Below, in pieces: positions 62,582 through 64,000 of a stretch of DNA of 64,000 bases; position 1 is the first letter of the stretch; each line of letters begins with the position of its first letter. The stretch comes from Candidatus Bathyarchaeota archaeon (lineage in GTDB: Archaea; Thermoproteota; Bathyarchaeia; Bathyarchaeales; Bathycorpusculaceae), in the NCBI GenBank assembly GCA_963780185.1, contig CAWABA010000011.1, forward strand, positions 128,001 through 192,000. The letters run 5' to 3'. The notes beneath the pieces are model-generated. The model searched no databases, was not told the origin of the DNA, and saw only the letters and a list, made by a program, of their open reading frames with translations. The position numbers were made by a program, and so were the translations under genes.

Positions 62582-62939
62582 CGCTGAATGCCAACAATAG
62601 TTTAGAGAAAATTGAAGAGTGGGAAAATTTTCGTAAAAAAGGCCTGACGGGAGATTTTGCCACTTTAACTTGATAGAAGCCATAAAAGACTGAGACTAAT
62701 TTCTTCTTCCTGAAATCAAGCGGGGTGTGCTTGTGTGTTGGCATTTTGGAAACGTGATTAGCTCCCGCTTCTTGCGTTGCGAAAGATTTTATCAACAGTA
62801 ATCTGGCTCAGGTATTTTAGCTGAAGATTTGTATTCAATAGTTTTTTAAGGCAACGCAACTATAACTTTCCATTTACCGGAGAGACGGTTGCGTTTCAGG
62901 GAGTTAGCCTCTTGCTGTTTCGCGTGGATGTGACAAATC

Positions 62940-64000
62940 ATGAATAAAAAACTACTGTTAGTTATCTTCGTCGCGTTTTTCCTATGTTCAGTTGTAGTTG
63001 TTCCGCAAGTATCCTACTGCCAAACAGGTTCTGGCACGTTAACTGTAACACTTAACTCACCTGCAGACCAAACGACGTCGACGACCCTAAGCAACGTGTT
63101 CACTTATACACCAGTCATTTCTGGTAGCAGCGACTACTTTGCAGGTGCAACGTTGTACATTAACGGAGCGGCGACCACAGCCACAAACTCCACAGCAATA
63201 ACTAACGCAGCCGGTAACACCATCAGCTACGTCTTTTCCAACAGCGGAACCTACACCTGGAATGTACAAGTAACCAACAGCACCGGGTCAACTTCGGCTG
63301 GTAATGATTTTACGTTAACTGTTACTGTTCCAAGCCCAACACCTACTCCGACAACGGCGCCTACGGCAACATCAGCGCCTACAGCAACTCCTACAGCGGC
63401 ACCCACACAGATACACACAGCCTCGCCAACACTAACAGCAACACCAACACCGACTCCAACACCAACTGTAAGCAAAAATCAGGGCGGTCTCAACTTCTTC
63501 CTCATCATTGGAATTGTAGCAGGTGCAGCGGTAGCTGTCGGGGCAGTATTAGCATTTCTGTTCATGAAGAAAAGAGTCACTGAAAAGAGCCTGAGAAGAT
63601 TTTCATCTGGTGATTTCCAAGGTTGGGTGATTAACAAATTCAGTGGTAAACCTGGGGATTCTTCTTGGGGATTTGACGGATTCACCGCTGGCGGTCAACC
63701 TTTATTGATCAGACAAACTGATAACGTCAGCTTGGCCGAAGTTGAGGATTTTGTTAATGTGCTCATAAAAGGAAGGGTGCAAAGGGGCACAATCGTGGCC
63801 TTCAGCTATGATGACAATGCTGGTGAGGGGAGATTGTTAGCCGGAGATCACTCTATTGAGCTTGAAATGTTAAGTGTCTATCAGCTGCTGGATAAGCGCT
63901 TCTCCGGCAAGATCGAAGACATCGCTAATGCGCAGGCTAACTTTGAATCTCCGCCTCTTCCGATGGAAAACCAAGGGCCTGGGCCTTTTGGAGGACTGCC
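62940..64000 (+). CDS. Membrane-anchored protein: signal peptide, Ig-like domain, Pro/Thr linker, TM, cytoplasmic Mrr-like domain (runs off window, not in ORF track)
   Basis: ATG 62940 MNKKLLLVIFVAFFLCSVVVV...YTWNVQVTN...TPTPTPTP...FFLIIGIVAGAAVAVGAVLAFLFMKKR...FQGWVINKFSG...GFDG...GTIVAFSY. Confidence 0.8.
   Translation, partial: MNKKLLLVIFVAFFLCSVVVVPQVSYCQTGSGTLTVTLNSPADQTTSTTLSNVFTYTPVISGSSDYFAGATLYINGAATTATNSTAITNAAGNTISYVFSNSGTYTWNVQVTNSTGSTSAGNDFTLTVTVPSPTPTPTTAPTATSAPTATPTAAPTQIHTASPTLTATPTPTPTPTVSKNQGGLNFFLIIGIVAGAAVAVGAVLAFLFMKKRVTEKSLRRFSSGDFQGWVINKFSGKPGDSSWGFDGFTAGGQPLLIRQTDNVSLAEVEDFVNVLIKGRVQRGTIVAFSYDDNAGEGRLLAGDHSIELEMLSVYQLLDKRFSGKIEDIANAQANFESPPLPMENQGPGPFGGL

Larger units (their letters stand above)
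59625..62689. mobile_element. ~3 kb integrated cassette bounded by 17-bp direct repeats, no integrase
   Basis: ATAGAAGCCATAAAAGA at 59625-59641 and 62673-62689; AT-rich interior. Confidence 0.7.

Noticed and set aside
63330-63470. Tandem DNA repeats
   Set aside because: They encode the Pro/Thr linker of the membrane protein; the same applies near 1120-1165.

Overview
A core-genome stretch of a TACK archaeon, most consistent with Bathyarchaeia (inferred from gene content and order: gins23-mcm, pcn-priL-priS-gins15, fae-hps, TackOD1/NitrOD-like proteins, many zinc-ribbon membrane proteins). It holds a type IV pilus operon, translation, transcription and replication clusters, two ABC-2 exporters, tRNA-Glu(TTC) and assorted metabolic genes. 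Several essential genes (srp54, pus10, priS) carry single-base frameshifts that look like uncorrected sequencing indels. Best novel candidates: (1) a ~3 kb AT-rich cassette integrated into the 3' end of the UPF0147 gene, flanked by a 17-bp direct repeat that regenerates the same C-terminus (IEAIKD*), encoding only a SAMHD1-like HD dNTPase with an extra wHTH-like domain and a stand-alone PriS-like AEP, with no integrase; (2) an internally deleted and decayed aIF2-alpha in its canonical operon position; (3) a ~160-bp dispersed structured repeat in two copies; (4) an unassigned ~175-nt structured RNA-like element next to tRNA-Glu; (5) HTH-fused Fae-Hps and a membrane-anchored, apparently inactive Mrr-like domain protein. 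All family calls come from motif recognition by eye, not database searches.
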